Source: Azolla caroliniana
Taxonomy: Eukaryota; Plantae; Polypodiophyta
DNA length: 64,000 nucleotides
Direction of reading: 5' to 3'
NCBI GenBank assembly: GCA_043228905.1
Contig: JBHGNT010000001.1
Coordinates: 2,480,001 to 2,544,000, forward strand
Position 1 is the first letter of the stretch. The number at the start of each line of letters is the position of its first letter. The translations under genes were made by a program, and so were the position numbers. Below the pieces are notes generated by a model. The model was not told the origin of the DNA, did no database searches, and saw only the letters and a list, made by a program, of their open reading frames with translations. This document shows, in pieces, positions 36,214 to 50,676 of the stretch.

Positions 36214-39200
36214 TTATCTAAACAACATCTTCAGCTCCTCTATCCTTGCTGACCGGACCTCTTGATCAGTGAGTGCTCCAGCAATCATACGTTGCTTCCG
36301 AGCCTGAACTTGCTGCATTCTCTGTTCTACAGTTCCCTGCTTAGGACAATGAAATTTCAGTTAAACAAGAGCATATATATAGACACACAATTGTGACATG
36401 ATCGATCATGATATGATCTTTTTCTCTCTGAATTGATCCACTCTCATTTTAGCTCCCCCAGATATGTCTTATTTTGACCATATCCTACGTTACCTAAAAC
36501 CATGAACCCAATATACCGGTGTACTTTGATGACAACATAGTTGGATGAGACAGATAGTTCACTATTTATATACAATTTAATTGTATTCCATGCTTTACCA
36601 GACACTATAAGATCCAAAACGGCGTTAATTTTAAAAAATAGCTAGATGTTTTGTACAAACTAGCAGAGTTGACCTGGGGCATTCATGCCATGAATCATTC
36701 ATTATCTTTTTGTTGGACCTTAGATGTACCTTGATTATAAAACGTTTGATCTGAACCTTTTTCATTTGGCCAATTCGATGAATACGCATGATTGCCTGTT
36801 CCTCAACAGCTGGATTCCACCATGGGTCCTGAAAAGTATATCAAAGGTCTCAAAACCCTCAGAATTTCTGGAAAAACTACGGAATATAAACATTCAAGAG
36901 TAATTTTTTCTTCATCCAAGTATAGTCAGCTCAGACGAGTACCATAACAAATGCATTTGAAGCAGCTGTCAAGTTTATGCCCACACCTCCTGCCTTCAGT
37001 GACAAGAGCATAACCTATGTGATGGAAACAGATGATATTGAGAACATTAATCTTCCACTCACTCATAGGTCTACATTTTAGATCTTTAGAAAAACAAACA
37101 TCAAATAAGAATAATCACACAAACTAAAATGAAGGTCATACCCTTATGCTAGGATCCGATTTAAAATCTCTAATTACAATCTCACGCTGTTGTTGGGATA
37201 GTGTGCCATCCAAACGAACAAATGTAATATTATTCCTACAAACATCCAAACAAACATCAGATCAAAAAACTGGAAGAGAATTGCTGTCTCCTTGAACAGA
37301 GAAGCATCTGGTTTGCTGTTAAAGACATACAAAGCTCGTCTCTATGGCCTGTAAGAGAGATTGGATCATGGAGGAGAAGATTCTCCTGGACTTCAGGCAC
37401 ATGAGGATATCTCTTCTGGAGGTGGACAGTTTTATCAGAGTTCAGAGTATTCATGTTGTCTTACATGTAGAGATATGAAAGAGAGAAAATCATGCAGAGA
37501 GATACAAACCTGATGTTTACGAAACTACATGTACTTATAATTCATTAGTGACATTTGCTATTAGAAGCACTATATATTCTTGTCATAATCCATGTTTGCA
37601 GCGCTTTAGCTTCATTATTCTATTCAATTTTTCATTGCATGGAATACATCTTTCACTGCAGAACATCATTTGAAGTTTCAAAAGAAGCGTCATAAAAACC
37701 TCCTTGTCTTACATTTCTTTGACACAGACTTGTAAATCATAATGCGTAACTGTTTATTGATTATGCAGATTCTGGAGAAAAGTAATGTTGTGTACCTTTT
37801 CAAAGGTATTTCCAAGAGATCCAAAAATGCAGTCCACTGACTGAATACCACACTTTTGTCCTTCGTTAATTGTAGTGCTTCCAATTCCTTCATAAGTGCT
37901 GATGTCTTTGAAGACTCTGTCCAGTTCTTCTCCACGTCAATCTGAAATCTGCTTTCAGTTGGTGCAGTGATGACATCTTGCTTGCTCATGACTTGCCTGG
38001 CCATATAAAATATACATGGAAGACTCGCGACTGAACTTACTCTAGATCTTTCAAAGGAAGAAAAGATAGTGGAAACTTTGACAGAATGTTAAACTGAGAT
38101 CAAACTGAGGACTCATTTATTCCAAGCACAGATTGTTAAAGATAATAGTGTATGTTCAACTATGAGCAGATTTACGTCTAGAAGATAATAGAAATATACA
38201 TTTTTCTCTCTACACACCTGCAAATTGGGCAGGCTCCAGATGAGCTACCACTCCAGCTTGCAAGTAAACATTCACGGCACAAGCAGTGTGCACATGGTGT
38301 AAGAACTGCGTCTTCAACTGCTTCAAGGCAAATTGGGCATTCTGTCTTCTCATTCTTCTGAAGCTCCCCTACTACTTCTTGAATATAGGCTTTCGTTGGT
38401 GCTTTCGAAATTTCTCCGACTTTTCGTCCGCTGATCAACCGTCTTGCCAATTTCTCTAAATCAGCATACTCTGCAGTGTCGCCACGACTGGTTTGAACAA
38501 GAAATGTTAGTTGCATATAATGCACTCTCTGAGCTGATTTTAGAATGTAGGAATGTGTGTTGAGATAATGAAAATAAATGATCTACCTAAGAACAAGAAA
38601 TGGATGATCACAACACTGCCGTAACCTCAACAATAACTCCAGAATCGATGCATAATTATGCAGAACTTTTCCTTGCTCTACAAAGTTATCAAACTTCACC
38701 TGCATGCCATGATTTTGACTTTGTTATTATATATAATGACTATGTATTTCAATCATAAACCATTTATCATGTGGTAATAATAAATATATACCTTAGACTT
38801 CTTATATAATGCATCATAAAAATCACGTTCAGCCTCTGTAAGCTCACATTCAACAACAGTTGCCTCACTTGGTGGCAGCTCAAGGATATGCCTTGAAATT
38901 GAAATAACCATCACAACATTTTAAGCATCATACCAGACACAACATCTAATAGCTTATGACAACAGATTCCTACTACCTTCCTTCTCTATCAGTGCTATCT
39001 TTATTTCTACGTAGCATCAGAGGTTGCAAGATGGCTTGCAAAAGATTCAGCCCACGCCCATCCCCATCTTCAAATGGTTTCTGGACCAATTTATTCCACC
39101 TGTCCCCCAAAATATCCTATTTTAACAGTTAGCCATGAAGTTCTAGATTGTTTCAAAACTTCAAGCAAGTTCTAAAGTGGCATGCATTCCCTGGACCTCA

Positions 39201-42200
39201 CCATCCCCAATTGCTCCAAGGTTCAACACGAAGGAAGTGAAGCAGACTAAATATATCCTCGAGTTTGTTCTGCCAAATAATTATAGTAGAATAATGGTCA
39301 AAATACACATCATAGAAGATATGAACAAGTTGAGTTCTCAAGACTTAATGACATAGAAATTGGACCTGTATAGGTGTGCCTGTCAAGCACCATCGATGGT
39401 CTGCAGTGAGATTAAAAGCTGCTTGAGCAGACTGTCCTTTACTTGCTTTGATTATGTGCCCTTCATCAAGGACCACTCTGTACCAATGGACTGAGTGGAG
39501 AGGACCATCTCCCTGGCCAACCAATTCAAACAATAATAAAAATTCAATTAACTCAAAAGTAACAAAAATTGATCATATTCTTCCTAACAATTATGTGTGT
39601 AACAATAAACCATGGAAAGAATAGAAGCTGCACCTCAATGCCTTGAAACTCTGAACCCAAAACCCCATATGTCGTCAACACTACATCATGATCAATCAAA
39701 ATCCTACTGTTTTTAGTACGGCTGGGTCCATAATGTGTATAAACAGTGAGAGCCCCCGGTTTCACATGCGTCTCTATCTCATTCTATGTTGAAAAATAAA
39801 GCGCAAAGTATTTATAAAATGAGATTAAAGAGCACCTGTATAAGCAAGAAGACTCGTGTGTACTCATACCTTCCACTGTCCCAACAATGTCATTGGGCAC
39901 ACAATTAAAGTACCACCCCCTTTCCGAACCTTCCGTACATTCCTTTTTGTGAAATTCAGCTTGCTTTGTGCACCTACAAAAAAGGAGTCTGCCTGTTTTA
40001 CTTCAGATAGACGCTTCCCTCTTGCCTCCTCAATTGCATCTCTTGTATTGATTGCTACACATGAACCCCCTTTGCCAGGATTACTCAACAAAAGGGATAT
40101 TGTCATCACAGTTTTCCCAAGACCCATTGCATCAGCCAAAATCTACAAAGACATATGCCGATTGATAAAGTTTTTTCGGTGTCAAAAATGTATGAGCTCA
40201 TTAAAGATATAACTTACCCCTCCTCGAGCCATTTCCAAGGCACTTGGAAACTCAATGGTTGCATCACCAGAGAATGCATTCACATACACTACATCAACTC
40301 TCCTGTGATAAATAAATCACGCTAAATTTTCCAGATTCTAGTAGCCAAAAGTGCCACATATTTTAGCTGATACAAGTACCATAGTTTATTCTCAAGAAAG
40401 AGTGACTACCTGTCAGGAAGATTATATGCACACCAGCAGGGATGAAGAGTTCTTGATGCTGCTTCTGCTACAACACCAAATTCCAAACTGTGCATCCAAT
40501 GCAGTGCCTGTTTTTGATAGGGCCGCAAGCTGCATTCAAGTGTGCTTGGAGGATCCATTTCCTAGCATGTGTAGATAAGGGCACTCATACTTTAGAGAAA
40601 ATGTGTTCTACTATTAATTCATCACTATCAAGTCATTGACTTTGTAGCATGCAATCATGCAAGATCCAGCATACTCTCTGTATTCCCCTAAGTAATAAGC
40701 AATATCATTGTATTTCATTAATGTTTCAGTGTGAATCATTCAAGGCGTTTGATAAAGATGCACTCAACAGCAACCCGTATCTCAAATGATCACCCATGAT
40801 GATGCATCAAGAACTGCTTGAAACAATAATATGGGCACTCAACTGAGACAAAGCACATAACATATACCTCTATGTACCACTTAACACCATCAATCTGGAT
40901 TAACAGAATTTCTATAGTAACGGTGGAATTATGCCTCTTAAAACATTGGGAATTAAATCCTGAAAACACTTTTGCCAAATAGGCATATTTATTCTCTCTT
41001 TAATTACCTATGTTAAACCTCTAGCCTATAAATAGTCCAAATCAGCATATCTTCATAAATGAATGATCATATACCACAAATACAACCAATGTTGTTCAGT
41101 TCACACTACATGTTTGCTGCAAATGCATCAGTCTGAAAAAGATGTGTTTCATATTAAGCAATGGCATCGGAATACAATCCAAAAAGCAGCTATTAATAAC
41201 ACATCTATCACTAAACATTCTCAATGACCCAGCCTCTAGAGGAACCACCAATGTTCCATAGTCTTCAGACTTGTAATGTTGCTCTTATGAGAAGAAGCCA
41301 GGTATATTGGTTGGATTTTGACTTACACACCAACCTTAATAACATATTTAACGCTAGAAATTCTCAACTCAACAGCCTCTTGAAGGTGCACCAATGTTTC
41401 ATGGTCTTCAAAATTGTAAGGGTGCCTCTATGAGAAGAAGCCAGTTATAATGGTTGGATTCTGCCTTGCACACCAGAGAGGTGTACCTATTATCATCAAT
41501 AATTGAAGCTTCATGTGTCAGCCTAAGCTTTAGATTAGATAGGAGAATGAAGTTAGCAGCAACTTGAGGTATCAAGGGGTTGAAGTTGATAGCTACTCTA
41601 ATTTCATTTTCTACCTCTTTCGGATAAAAACATCTTAATCTTAAAAGGAAGCAGCAAGGTGATACTTATGAATCTGGTATTTGACAAAGCTAGAACTCTT
41701 CACCTTGAAACTTTCTACATTTCCATCTAACTTAACCAGCCATTGTATCTCTTTAGTAAGGAAATAACTTTTGTTCTCACTGATTAGAAACATACTCTCT
41801 TATGCATAGCGCTGTGCATAATGACAATGTATCACAGTCTAGTGAGATTATGGGATACGAGGATCAAATACCACAGACAAATATCTTCCACATCCTTAAA
41901 AGAAGTGATGGTATCAGTACCACATCAAATTTCAAAGAAACAAGAACACTGAGAATTTGTCCACAAAGCGTCAGTGGAGGCTTGTGGAAAGTACACTCTT
42001 TGGAAGCCTATTGAATAGGAAAGAAATAAGAAACGCAGGTTTGTACTTATTTGGGAAAACAAGCAAAATGGAGAAAACAAATACATATTGACATCTTTTA
42101 AGAAGCCAAAATCGCCTATAAGACCGAAAGACAGAAAATCTAATATATCACTTACTAGTATCCTTAACAAACAGTTCAGAACAATAATAACTTTGAGAAT

Positions 42201-44015
42201 TCTAAGTGAGCTCCATTACTCACCGGCAATTGACATGCATCAGTTGTTCCAACTAGCTGATCAACATCACGATCACTTAAAACCTCTTCAGTTTGTTCTT
42301 CAGTTTGTTGGGCCACATTGGATACTAACTTCAATCGCTTTTCTGTAGCAAGCAAAGAAATAGATCCCTGCAAGCAAGTGTGTGTGACATTGCATAGACT
42401 ATCAAAAAGATACCCAAATACCATATTTTGAAATAGTACAAACGTCTGAAACCATCCATAAGCCTCACATTGGTTGTTTATTCATAGGACACATCACACA
42501 AGTCAAGATCCATAACTTAAACTTCAATGTAACGTCCTATAATCCAATTTTGGAGAATCTAAAACACTATATGTTTCCATCACAATTTACCTTTTTCAAG
42601 TTCTTCAGGAGGTAAAAAGTTAACTTCAAAGGTTTCCATTCTCAGCTCCTTTACTAGGGCCTAGAAATTACATCATAACACAGTTTTCACAAGTGCAGAG
42701 ATGTAGACTCACCTCCGACTCAAGAGATCGTTTTCTTGTATATAAATCCTCTGGGGTAAAGTCTGCCTAACACAAGAACCAAACAAAGAGAGTGAAAGCT
42801 TTTTAGAAACACAAAAATTCTGCCTACATATACAGCCTTTCTGCTCTTAAACAATAAATCTATGCTACCAAGTTAGAATTTTTCCTATTAAGTTGTACTG
42901 ACCTTCTTGGAAGGTTTCATGCCAAGCAAGCTAAATAAAGTTGGAAGCGGGTGAAAAGTTCCTTCACTGGATGAATGAATTAGTGAAGTCGGGTGTCCTT
43001 GTTGCTTCTTAAACAGAATTGGATGAGCATAAATCCTACAAAGAAAAGTGAGACAATTCTATAAGTTGAAAGCACATGAAACTTGTCAGCCAATCCATGA
43101 CTTACTTGATATTGAGGGTTACGTTGTCAACAAGAGAAAGAACCTCTGGTGCATCTCTACATGAGCCTTCCACCTTAACTTTATTTTGTGATACCAAGGG
43201 TACCAAACACTTTGCCCAGTCAGATGGAAGACGACCAATCTGCCAAAGAGATAAATGCATATTCCATTAATCTGCCAACAATCACGAGTAACATAAAGTG
43301 TGGAACAGTGATGAAGCTTTTGCACCTCTATTAAATTTGTGGATGAAAACCTCACTATCTCCAAATTTGAAACCAAAGACCTTCCACGTCCTCGAGCAAC
43401 AGACTTCGGATTGTGGTTCACAATCTTTGGAAATGTAAAAAGGACTGTTTCACCTCTCTTCACTGAAAGACCTTTGCATGTTGAAAAACCTACAACGTCT
43501 GTCTCACCAAGATACAACCAATCATCTATTTCCAAGTTACGATGTTTACTCAACGATTCAAAATTGTTTGAGTAAGCATTATCTGCCGCATTCACATCCG
43601 AATTTGAGCCTTTCCATTCTGATAAAAGTGCTGCAGAAGTATCTCCATTGGAGCTAGAGCAAGGTATCAAATCTCCACGTTTACTAAAATCACTTACAGC
43701 ACATGTCTCACCCACTGATATAATATGCTCAGCACCATCAGAGTTTGTTCCTTCAGTCTGGTTCAAACTCTGCATATCTAACTGTGTAAACTGGGAGTGT
43801 GTATTATGTTCAGAAACAGCACTAATTACCTCCCTATGCTTCTTGGTACTTTCCACGGTATTAAAACCAGGCGTGTCAAACAAGATGTTTATGGCACGTG
43901 AGATATCATTCCTGGCTAAGTGAAGACAGCGGATCAAATCCATATCTGATGGTCCAGATCCTAAAACTACTCGCATTGCTTTTAAGCCCTTATCATTATC
44001 CACCTTAGGAGCCAT
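36214..44015 (-). CDS. RAD5A: DNA repair protein RAD5A-like (HIRAN, SNF2 ATPase, RING E3 ligase, helicase C), ~21 coding exons
   Basis: N-terminus [27 protein letters not shown]; HIRAN RFSS..EIGRLP; LRPYQKQAL; [13 protein letters not shown]; VVLDEGH; LTGTPIQN; RING CPICLE..TPCAH..CREC..CPICR; VFSQWT; C-terminus [29 protein letters not shown] exons include 43326-44015, 43106-43239, 42903-43035, 42224-42367, 40410-40561, 39870-40142, ~38218-38487, ~36214-36336. Confidence 0.95.
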
Positions 44016-45390
44016 CTGCTAGAATAAACCCTTCAGTATTAACATAATTTACTATCCTTATAGCAAGATGTATTTAATGCAACATATTACCATTCAAAAT
44101 CCAGAACTAGGTATTAGCATCTCCACTTTTGCACAATCATGACATGTTCCGATGCTAACTAAACAAGGGCAATATGAAATTTTCCGTGTACAACACAATC
44201 AAATAATGCTGTTCTTACATTTACAAATACATTGAAATAAGCATGTGCACACCACTTAATGAATTATCTGAGGACCTTCTGCAAAAGTAAATAGGGAAAT
44301 GCTGAAATTTAATTTGACGGAAATAAATGAAAAGCATAAAATTGAAGTTTAAAAAGAAATCACCAGGATCACTCTGCTTCTAGAATTTCATTGCAAACTT
44401 GTAAGGCAACATTATGAAGCACCTCGGTTCACAATTTTCTGTACAGACTATGCTTTAATGCTCTATCTCAAGCCTTATTTCTTTCTTTAATTCACACATA
44501 CTTTCTTTAAGAAGTGCATCATATTACAGGTGGGACACACAGGCATGAAGTGAAAACCCACAAAAAAATGAGTATACAAGGATAACAACATGATTATTCA
44601 TGTAGTAGCTACTAGAAACATTCAAAAAAATTGTAAATGGTCTCTTTATTTCTAACAATAAGTAGCAATCATTGAGTGATTGCCTCCAGGAGAATTTGAG
44701 GCTTAGATACAGATAATGGGCAGCTTGCCCAATTCACAATAGGCACACATATTAAAACATATATACATCTCAAACATGTAAACACGTAGACTGATACGTG
44801 ACACTTCACGTAATCAGTGGGACAAAAACCCCAGATCCGAACCCAAAACAGAAATACACAGTTATATGTCTTCCTGGAGGGCATATTTCTAAACATATTT
44901 ATATTGACTTACCCAATAACTAATATAACGTATTGTGAAACATGGGGCAGTCATATAATGACAAGCAAGACCATTATTTGATAACTCGTTTTCAAAATAA
45001 CCACATTAAAGAAGTAGATTTCCTGACATAAAGAAACAGATTAGTTTCAATTCGAGTCTCTGATGTTACTATATATTGAAATCATCTTTTTAGCATTGAT
45101 ACATAACATGTTTTTCTGAAAATAAGGTCAATATAAAATGGTAAGCCGATTGAGTTTCTATCATGTCTGCACAGCATTACTTGATTATTCATGACCAAAA
45201 TAAGTATATAAAGAAGTATATTTTTTAACAAAGAGAAACGAATATTTTCAACTCACATGAAAAAACGTACAAAATGACCAGAAATAGCTCCAATTCAATG
45301 TGATCTGTTCAGAATAATAACATAAAACGAGTATATTCCTAACATAGGGAAACACAACGTTATAAGTTTTTGATGTGTCATCTTCAAAAT

Positions 45391-46262
45391 TGTTGGAGGG
45401 TGGCAGCTCCAGACCTGCACTCTCTTCCATCTTTATTATCTCTGTACTACATTCTCTCTCTTCCCAGATTCTTTTCTCTCTAGAATCTGCAACTCTTTAA
45501 ATGCCTTCTCTCTCTAGAATCTGCAATGCTTTAAATGCCTTTTGTCTCTTCCACTTTTTCCAGGATATTCCCTTTTTTTATTCCTAGTTTATTGTACCTG
45601 TTTGGTAGTACAAGAGTCTCTTAACTACCGAACAACCATTCCCAATTTTGTATAAATAGGCTTATACCAGCCTCTTTTGTAAGGAGATTATTTTCTGCTG
45701 CTACTTAGAAACAAGCACAACTCTTTGGCTATGTCTCTACTCTTTGCAACCATTTTTTTTACTGCTGTCTAACAGCCTTCTCACAACTTGGCTGTGTCTA
45801 TTTTGTTCTAACTCTTCCGCTGCTGCTATTAACTACCGAACAACCATTCCCAATTTTGTATAAATAGGCTTATACCAGCCTCTTTTGTAAGGAGATTATT
45901 TTCTGCTGCTACTTAGAAACAAGCACAACTCTTTGGCTATGTCTCTACTCTTCGCAACCATTTTTTTTACTGCTGTCTAACAGCCTTCTCACAACTTGGC
46001 TGTGTCTATTTTGTTCTAACTCTTCCGCTGCTGCTATTAACTACCGAACAACCATTCCCAATTTTGTATAAATAGGCTTATACCAGCCTCTTTTGTAAGG
46101 AGATTATTTTCTGCTGCTACTTAGAAACAAGCACAACTCTTTGGCTGTGTCTCTACTCTTTGCAACCATTTTTTTTACTGCTGTCTAACAGCCTTCTCAC
46201 AACTTGGCTGTGTCTATTTTGTTCTAACTCTTCCGCTGCTGCTATTAACAGTTTTTCTCACA
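45391..46262 (+). repeat. 5' LTR (872 bp) containing 3 tandem copies of a 208-bp TATA-containing segment
   Basis: ttaactaccgaacaacc starts at 45621, 45829 and 46037; 872 = 456 + 2 x 208. Confidence 0.95.
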
Positions 46263-46527
46263 TGGTATCAGAGCAGTGAGGTCTCCATATCCTCAGCCTG
46301 AATTTTTTTTTACCAAAGAGCACACATACCTCTCTTCTTTTATCCCTCCCTCCCAACCCTATAGAGGAGGTTCTCTTAGCAGCCACCCTCCCAACCTACA
46401 AAGGAGGTTCTTTTTTTTCTTTTCCCCTCATCTGAGCCTCACCTAGCATCTAGGGAGAAGTAGAAAGACCCTGAGCATCTACTTACAACTGCTGTAAATT
46501 GTCCAGTTGTAGCTCAAGAGGATATCC

Positions 46528-47589
46528 ATGGCCTCATATGCCACGATTGTTTCATCAACCATTCCCCAACTCCCCAAAGAGTCCATCTTGGATGGGAACA
46601 ATTACTTGGATTGGGAGCTACAAATAAAGACCTTGCTACAATACCATCGTTTATGGAATGTAGTCAGTGGTAGTGACAAGAAACCACCAGTAACTTCATC
46701 CTCTTCAACCAAATCAGTTGTTGGCTCATCTAACGCTGAGATTGAAGCGTGGCTAGATAAGGATTCTCGTGCCCATGCTTTCCTCATGTTTAATATTAAA
46801 CCGAGCATCGCTCGTCAATTTCAAGATACAGATGAAGAGACAGCCAATGAACTATGGACATCCATCAAAAAGAGGTACCATCGAGCTAATCATGCTCAAA
46901 TGATTGCTATTGAGAACCAACTAGCTAATCTCAAGATTCATGACACTCCCAACATCATGGATCAAATAACGCAATTTGTTACTCTCCAAAAGGAACTAGT
47001 TTCTTTGGGAAGCAAGTCAACTGAAGTTGAGTTTGTGCATTGTCTAATGATAAAGTTGCCTAAGTCATTCTCAGCATTTTGTGACACAATTTCTCTTCTT
47101 CCCAACACACCTGATATGAATACATTTCTTGGTATGTTACAAGATAGGGCAACAAGGAAGAAAAGTGCTCAAACTTCCAATGAGACGCTTCTACATGCAA
47201 CAAGTAAAGGCAAGTGGAAGCAAAATGGTAACTCCTACAACAAACCCAATCCAAGATCACCAAACAACCCAGCTTACAAGGAGGTCACTTGTCATTATTG
47301 TGGCTACAAAGGTCACATTCAGCCGGATTGTCGGAAAAAGAAAAGGGACAATGCTAAGAACTCTTCTTCTACCGAAAATCAACCTACACCGAAATCCAAC
47401 TCGGCCCACTCAGCCCACTCAGCCAAAGAAACAGTTTCCCTTGGCATTGAGGAACATACTTCACATTTGGTTGGACCAACTACCTCAACCATTGATGAGT
47501 GGTTAGTAGATAGTGGTGCTACTTCACACATGACCTATGACAAATCCATTTTGCATGATGTGAAACCAGCTCCTCCCAAATCTCCATAG
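46528..47589 (+). CDS. gag: Copia Gag plus N-terminal part of protease (ends at a frameshift)
   Basis: LDGNNYLDW Gag N-terminal motif, CCHC knuckle [14 protein letters not shown], protease [12 protein letters not shown]. Confidence 0.9.
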   Translation: MASYATIVSSTIPQLPKESILDGNNYLDWELQIKTLLQYHRLWNVVSGSDKKPPVTSSSSTKSVVGSSNAEIEAWLDKDSRAHAFLMFNIKPSIARQFQDTDEETANELWTSIKKRYHRANHAQMIAIENQLANLKIHDTPNIMDQITQFVTLQKELVSLGSKSTEVEFVHCLMIKLPKSFSAFCDTISLLPNTPDMNTFLGMLQDRATRKKSAQTSNETLLHATSKGKWKQNGNSYNKPNPRSPNNPAYKEVTCHYCGYKGHIQPDCRKKKRDNAKNSSSTENQPTPKSNSAHSAHSAKETVSLGIEEHTSHLVGPTTSTIDEWLVDSGATSHMTYDKSILHDVKPAPPKSP

Positions 47590-50500
47590 GAGATGCCTCA
47601 AGCATTGAGGCTTCATGTGTGGGTAATGTGTTTCTTAACAATTCTTCAAATGAAGAACCTGTCATTCTTCAAGATGTGCTACATGTGCCTCGCATCTCTG
47701 CCAACCTACTTTCAGTCTACCAAATCACTAAGCAAGGTTATGGAGTCTACTTTGATAGCTCAGTTTTGGAAGTAATTGACACCAACAACCTACAAATTGT
47801 AGCTAGTGGCACACAAGAAGGGGGTTTATACCACCTGAAAAGTTCCCATAGCCCCTTGGAAAAGTCCAAATCTCATCTTCTTCATCTTTTTCAAGGCTCT
47901 CATGCGTTGGTGGCACAAGAAGATCCCACGTTGTGGCATGCTAGGTTTGGTCATCTCAACTATGATTTTCTTCAAAAGCTCTCCTCTTCCCAACTAGTTG
48001 AGGGTCTTCCTATTTTCAAAACTCCCAATACCCCATGTGTTGTTTGTCTTCATGGCAAGCAACATCGAGAGCCTTTCCCTCATGAAACCACTCCCCATGC
48101 AACATTTATCTTGGAGTTAGTGCACATGGATCTTTGCGGTCCCATGAAAACCACTACGCTTGGTGGTGCATGCTACTTCATGCTCATCATTGATGATATC
48201 TCCCGCAAGGTTTGGGTTTATTTTCTTGTAGAAAAATCGCAAGCCTTCACAAAATTTCAAGAATGGGTAGCTCTCGTGGAGAACGAGACATCGAAGAAAG
48301 TTCGAAAGATCAGATCGAACAATGGTGGAGAGTTTATCTCCCAAGCTTTCCACCATTTCTACTCTCAACGAGGCATTGCTCGCCAATTTTCTACACCTGA
48401 TACTCCTCAACAAAATGGAGTCGTGGAAAGGAAGAACCGGACAGTCCAAGAGATGGCTCGTACAATGTTATCTCAATCTGATCTTCCTCTCTCGTTTTGG
48501 GGTGAAGCTGTCAACACAACAGTTTACATCATCAATTGTTGCCCAACAAAAGCAGTTGCTGGAATGACACCTGCAGAAGCATTTACGGGTGTAAAGCCCT
48601 CAGTATCTCATTTTAAAGTCTTTGGTTGTGATGCTTATGTTCACATTTCAGATCATAAAAGGACGAAATTTGAGTCCAAAACCAAGAAATGCAAATTTCT
48701 TGGTTACAGCACACAATCTAAAGCGTACAGGTTATGGGATTTAGAGTCAAAGTCCCTAATCATCTCTAGGGATGTTCATTTTGTGGAGTCTCAGCTGGAT
48801 GATTCTAGGATTTCACCTGAGTTCATGGTTGAAATTCCAGCTCCTCCGGAATCTCCTATTTTAGACGAAGATGTCTCATCTTCAAGCCCCCCATCTCCTC
48901 CTACTCAATCTCTAACTTCGCCAACAATTCAATCCTCTCCCTCAACTCCACTTGTTTCCCCTCCCTCTACAAACCAGCTTCCACCACTTCCCAAGTGGCT
49001 TCAAGCCACCATTTGTGATTCTCATCTCTCCGATGCTGAACTTCATGAGTATGCATCTGGTTCTCGAACACGTAAATCACAACGGCCTCTTCACTCATGC
49101 AACTTTGCCTTATTGTGCACTGTTGTGCAATCAAAAGAACCCACAACAGCAAAAGAGGCCCTTGTTTTTACAAAATGGAAAGCAACAATGGAAGTTGAAC
49201 TTGATTCCATTGAGCGGAATCATACATGGGAGCTGGTCCCACGGCCTCCACATCGACAAGTCATTGGACTGAAATGGATTTTCAAGACCAAATACCATGT
49301 TGATGGTACTTTGGATAAGCACAAGGCACGTTTAATGGCAAAAGGCTACTCACAAGTCGAAGGAGTGGATTACGAGGAAACTTTTGCTCCAACAGCAAGG
49401 TACACCTCTATCCAATGTGCGCTTGCACTTGCTGCTCACAACAAATGGCCCATTTTTCAAATGGATGTCAAGTCAGCATTCCTTAACGGTGACTTGAAAG
49501 AGGAGGTTTATGTTGAACAGCCTCCAGGTTTCGAGATTTTAGAGCAGAAAAACATGGTCTACAGGTTACACAAAGCCTTTTATGGCTTAAAGCAAGCTCC
49601 CAAAGCTTGGCATGACAAAATTGATAGCTTCTTTCTCTCTCTTGGGTTTCAAAACTGTAATGCTAACAACAATCTCTATGTTTTTTCCCAAGATTATTTG
49701 CTTTGCTTGATCATATTATATGTTGACGACCTTCTAATTACAAGGTCCCTTGCATCTAAAATTGAGGAGGTCCGCGCTGACCTCAAAAGAACCTTTGAAA
49801 TGACTGGTCTAGAACTTCTCCATTATTTCATAGGTATGGAGGTCTATCAATCACATGGTGGTATCTTTCTCAGCCAACATAGGTATCTCAGGCAGCTCCT
49901 TGAGACCTATAGCATGTCAAATTGCAAGCCACTCTCCTGTCCAATGGATCCAAACTCAAAGCTATCTCGTGAAGACAATTCTCCCATATTTGAGGATATC
50001 ACGAAATATAGAAGGTTAATTGGGTCCCTTCTTCACTTAACTTATACCAAGCCTGATTTGTCCTATAGCGTGAGTATTCTCAGCCAATTCTCAACTGCTC
50101 CAAGACAAAGTCATTGGCAAGCAGCTATTCGAGTTCTTCGGTATTTGGCCAACACACACGACTATGGTTTGTCTTTTAGAGGCGGCATTGACCTTGTTGG
50201 CTACTCAGATGTTGATTGGGCAGGTGATATTGATTCTAGAAGGTCCACATCTGGCTATTGTTTTATGTTAGGTTCAGGCTTGATTTCTTGGAAATCAAAG
50301 AAGCAAAACTCAGTTTCTACTTCATCGACGGAAGCTGAATACCACACCTACTTGGATACTTGCTGTGAGTTGCTATGGTTAATGCAATTGTTTTCTCACA
50401 TTCGTGTTTTGCAAGACTCTCCTATTGCAGTTTTCCCCAACGGCCAAAGTGCCCATGCCTTGGCACATAGCTCAGCATTTCATGGTAGAACAGAACACAT

Positions 50501-50663
50501 CGAAGTGCACTACCATTTTGTTCATGAATTAGTAAAATCACAAGTCATCAACTTGGCATATTGCCCTCCTCAAGAAAATGTGGCTGATTTATTTACTAAG
50601 CCGCTTCCAAGGCAAGCCATTGATCAGCTCCTCGATCAACTCAATGTTGGACCGCCGTTCTAG
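47586..50663 (+). CDS. pol: Copia Pol (rest of protease, GAG-pre-integrase, integrase, RT, RNase H), frameshifted from Gag
   Basis: [62 protein letters not shown]. The frame opens at ~47586 ([15 protein letters not shown]). Confidence 0.9.
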   Translation: MGDASSIEASCVGNVFLNNSSNEEPVILQDVLHVPRISANLLSVYQITKQGYGVYFDSSVLEVIDTNNLQIVASGTQEGGLYHLKSSHSPLEKSKSHLLHLFQGSHALVAQEDPTLWHARFGHLNYDFLQKLSSSQLVEGLPIFKTPNTPCVVCLHGKQHREPFPHETTPHATFILELVHMDLCGPMKTTTLGGACYFMLIIDDISRKVWVYFLVEKSQAFTKFQEWVALVENETSKKVRKIRSNNGGEFISQAFHHFYSQRGIARQFSTPDTPQQNGVVERKNRTVQEMARTMLSQSDLPLSFWGEAVNTTVYIINCCPTKAVAGMTPAEAFTGVKPSVSHFKVFGCDAYVHISDHKRTKFESKTKKCKFLGYSTQSKAYRLWDLESKSLIISRDVHFVESQLDDSRISPEFMVEIPAPPESPILDEDVSSSSPPSPPTQSLTSPTIQSSPSTPLVSPPSTNQLPPLPKWLQATICDSHLSDAELHEYASGSRTRKSQRPLHSCNFALLCTVVQSKEPTTAKEALVFTKWKATMEVELDSIERNHTWELVPRPPHRQVIGLKWIFKTKYHVDGTLDKHKARLMAKGYSQVEGVDYEETFAPTARYTSIQCALALAAHNKWPIFQMDVKSAFLNGDLKEEVYVEQPPGFEILEQKNMVYRLHKAFYGLKQAPKAWHDKIDSFFLSLGFQNCNANNNLYVFSQDYLLCLIILYVDDLLITRSLASKIEEVRADLKRTFEMTGLELLHYFIGMEVYQSHGGIFLSQHRYLRQLLETYSMSNCKPLSCPMDPNSKLSREDNSPIFEDITKYRRLIGSLLHLTYTKPDLSYSVSILSQFSTAPRQSHWQAAIRVLRYLANTHDYGLSFRGGIDLVGYSDVDWAGDIDSRRSTSGYCFMLGSGLISWKSKKQNSVSTSSTEAEYHTYLDTCCELLWLMQLFSHIRVLQDSPIAVFPNGQSAHALAHSSAFHGRTEHIEVHYHFVHELVKSQVINLAYCPPQENVADLFTKPLPRQAIDQLLDQLNVGPPF

Positions 50664-50676
50664 AGCTGAGAGGAGG

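Noticed and set aside
41246-41476. ~90-bp imperfect direct repeat in a RAD5A intron
   Set aside because: Ordinary decayed intronic duplication with no further structure.
47570-47620. Programmed frameshift or readthrough between gag and pol
   Set aside because: The break is inside protease, the CCCAAAT heptamer is out of phase for -1 slippage, and plant copia elements normally have one ORF. A small deletion is simpler.
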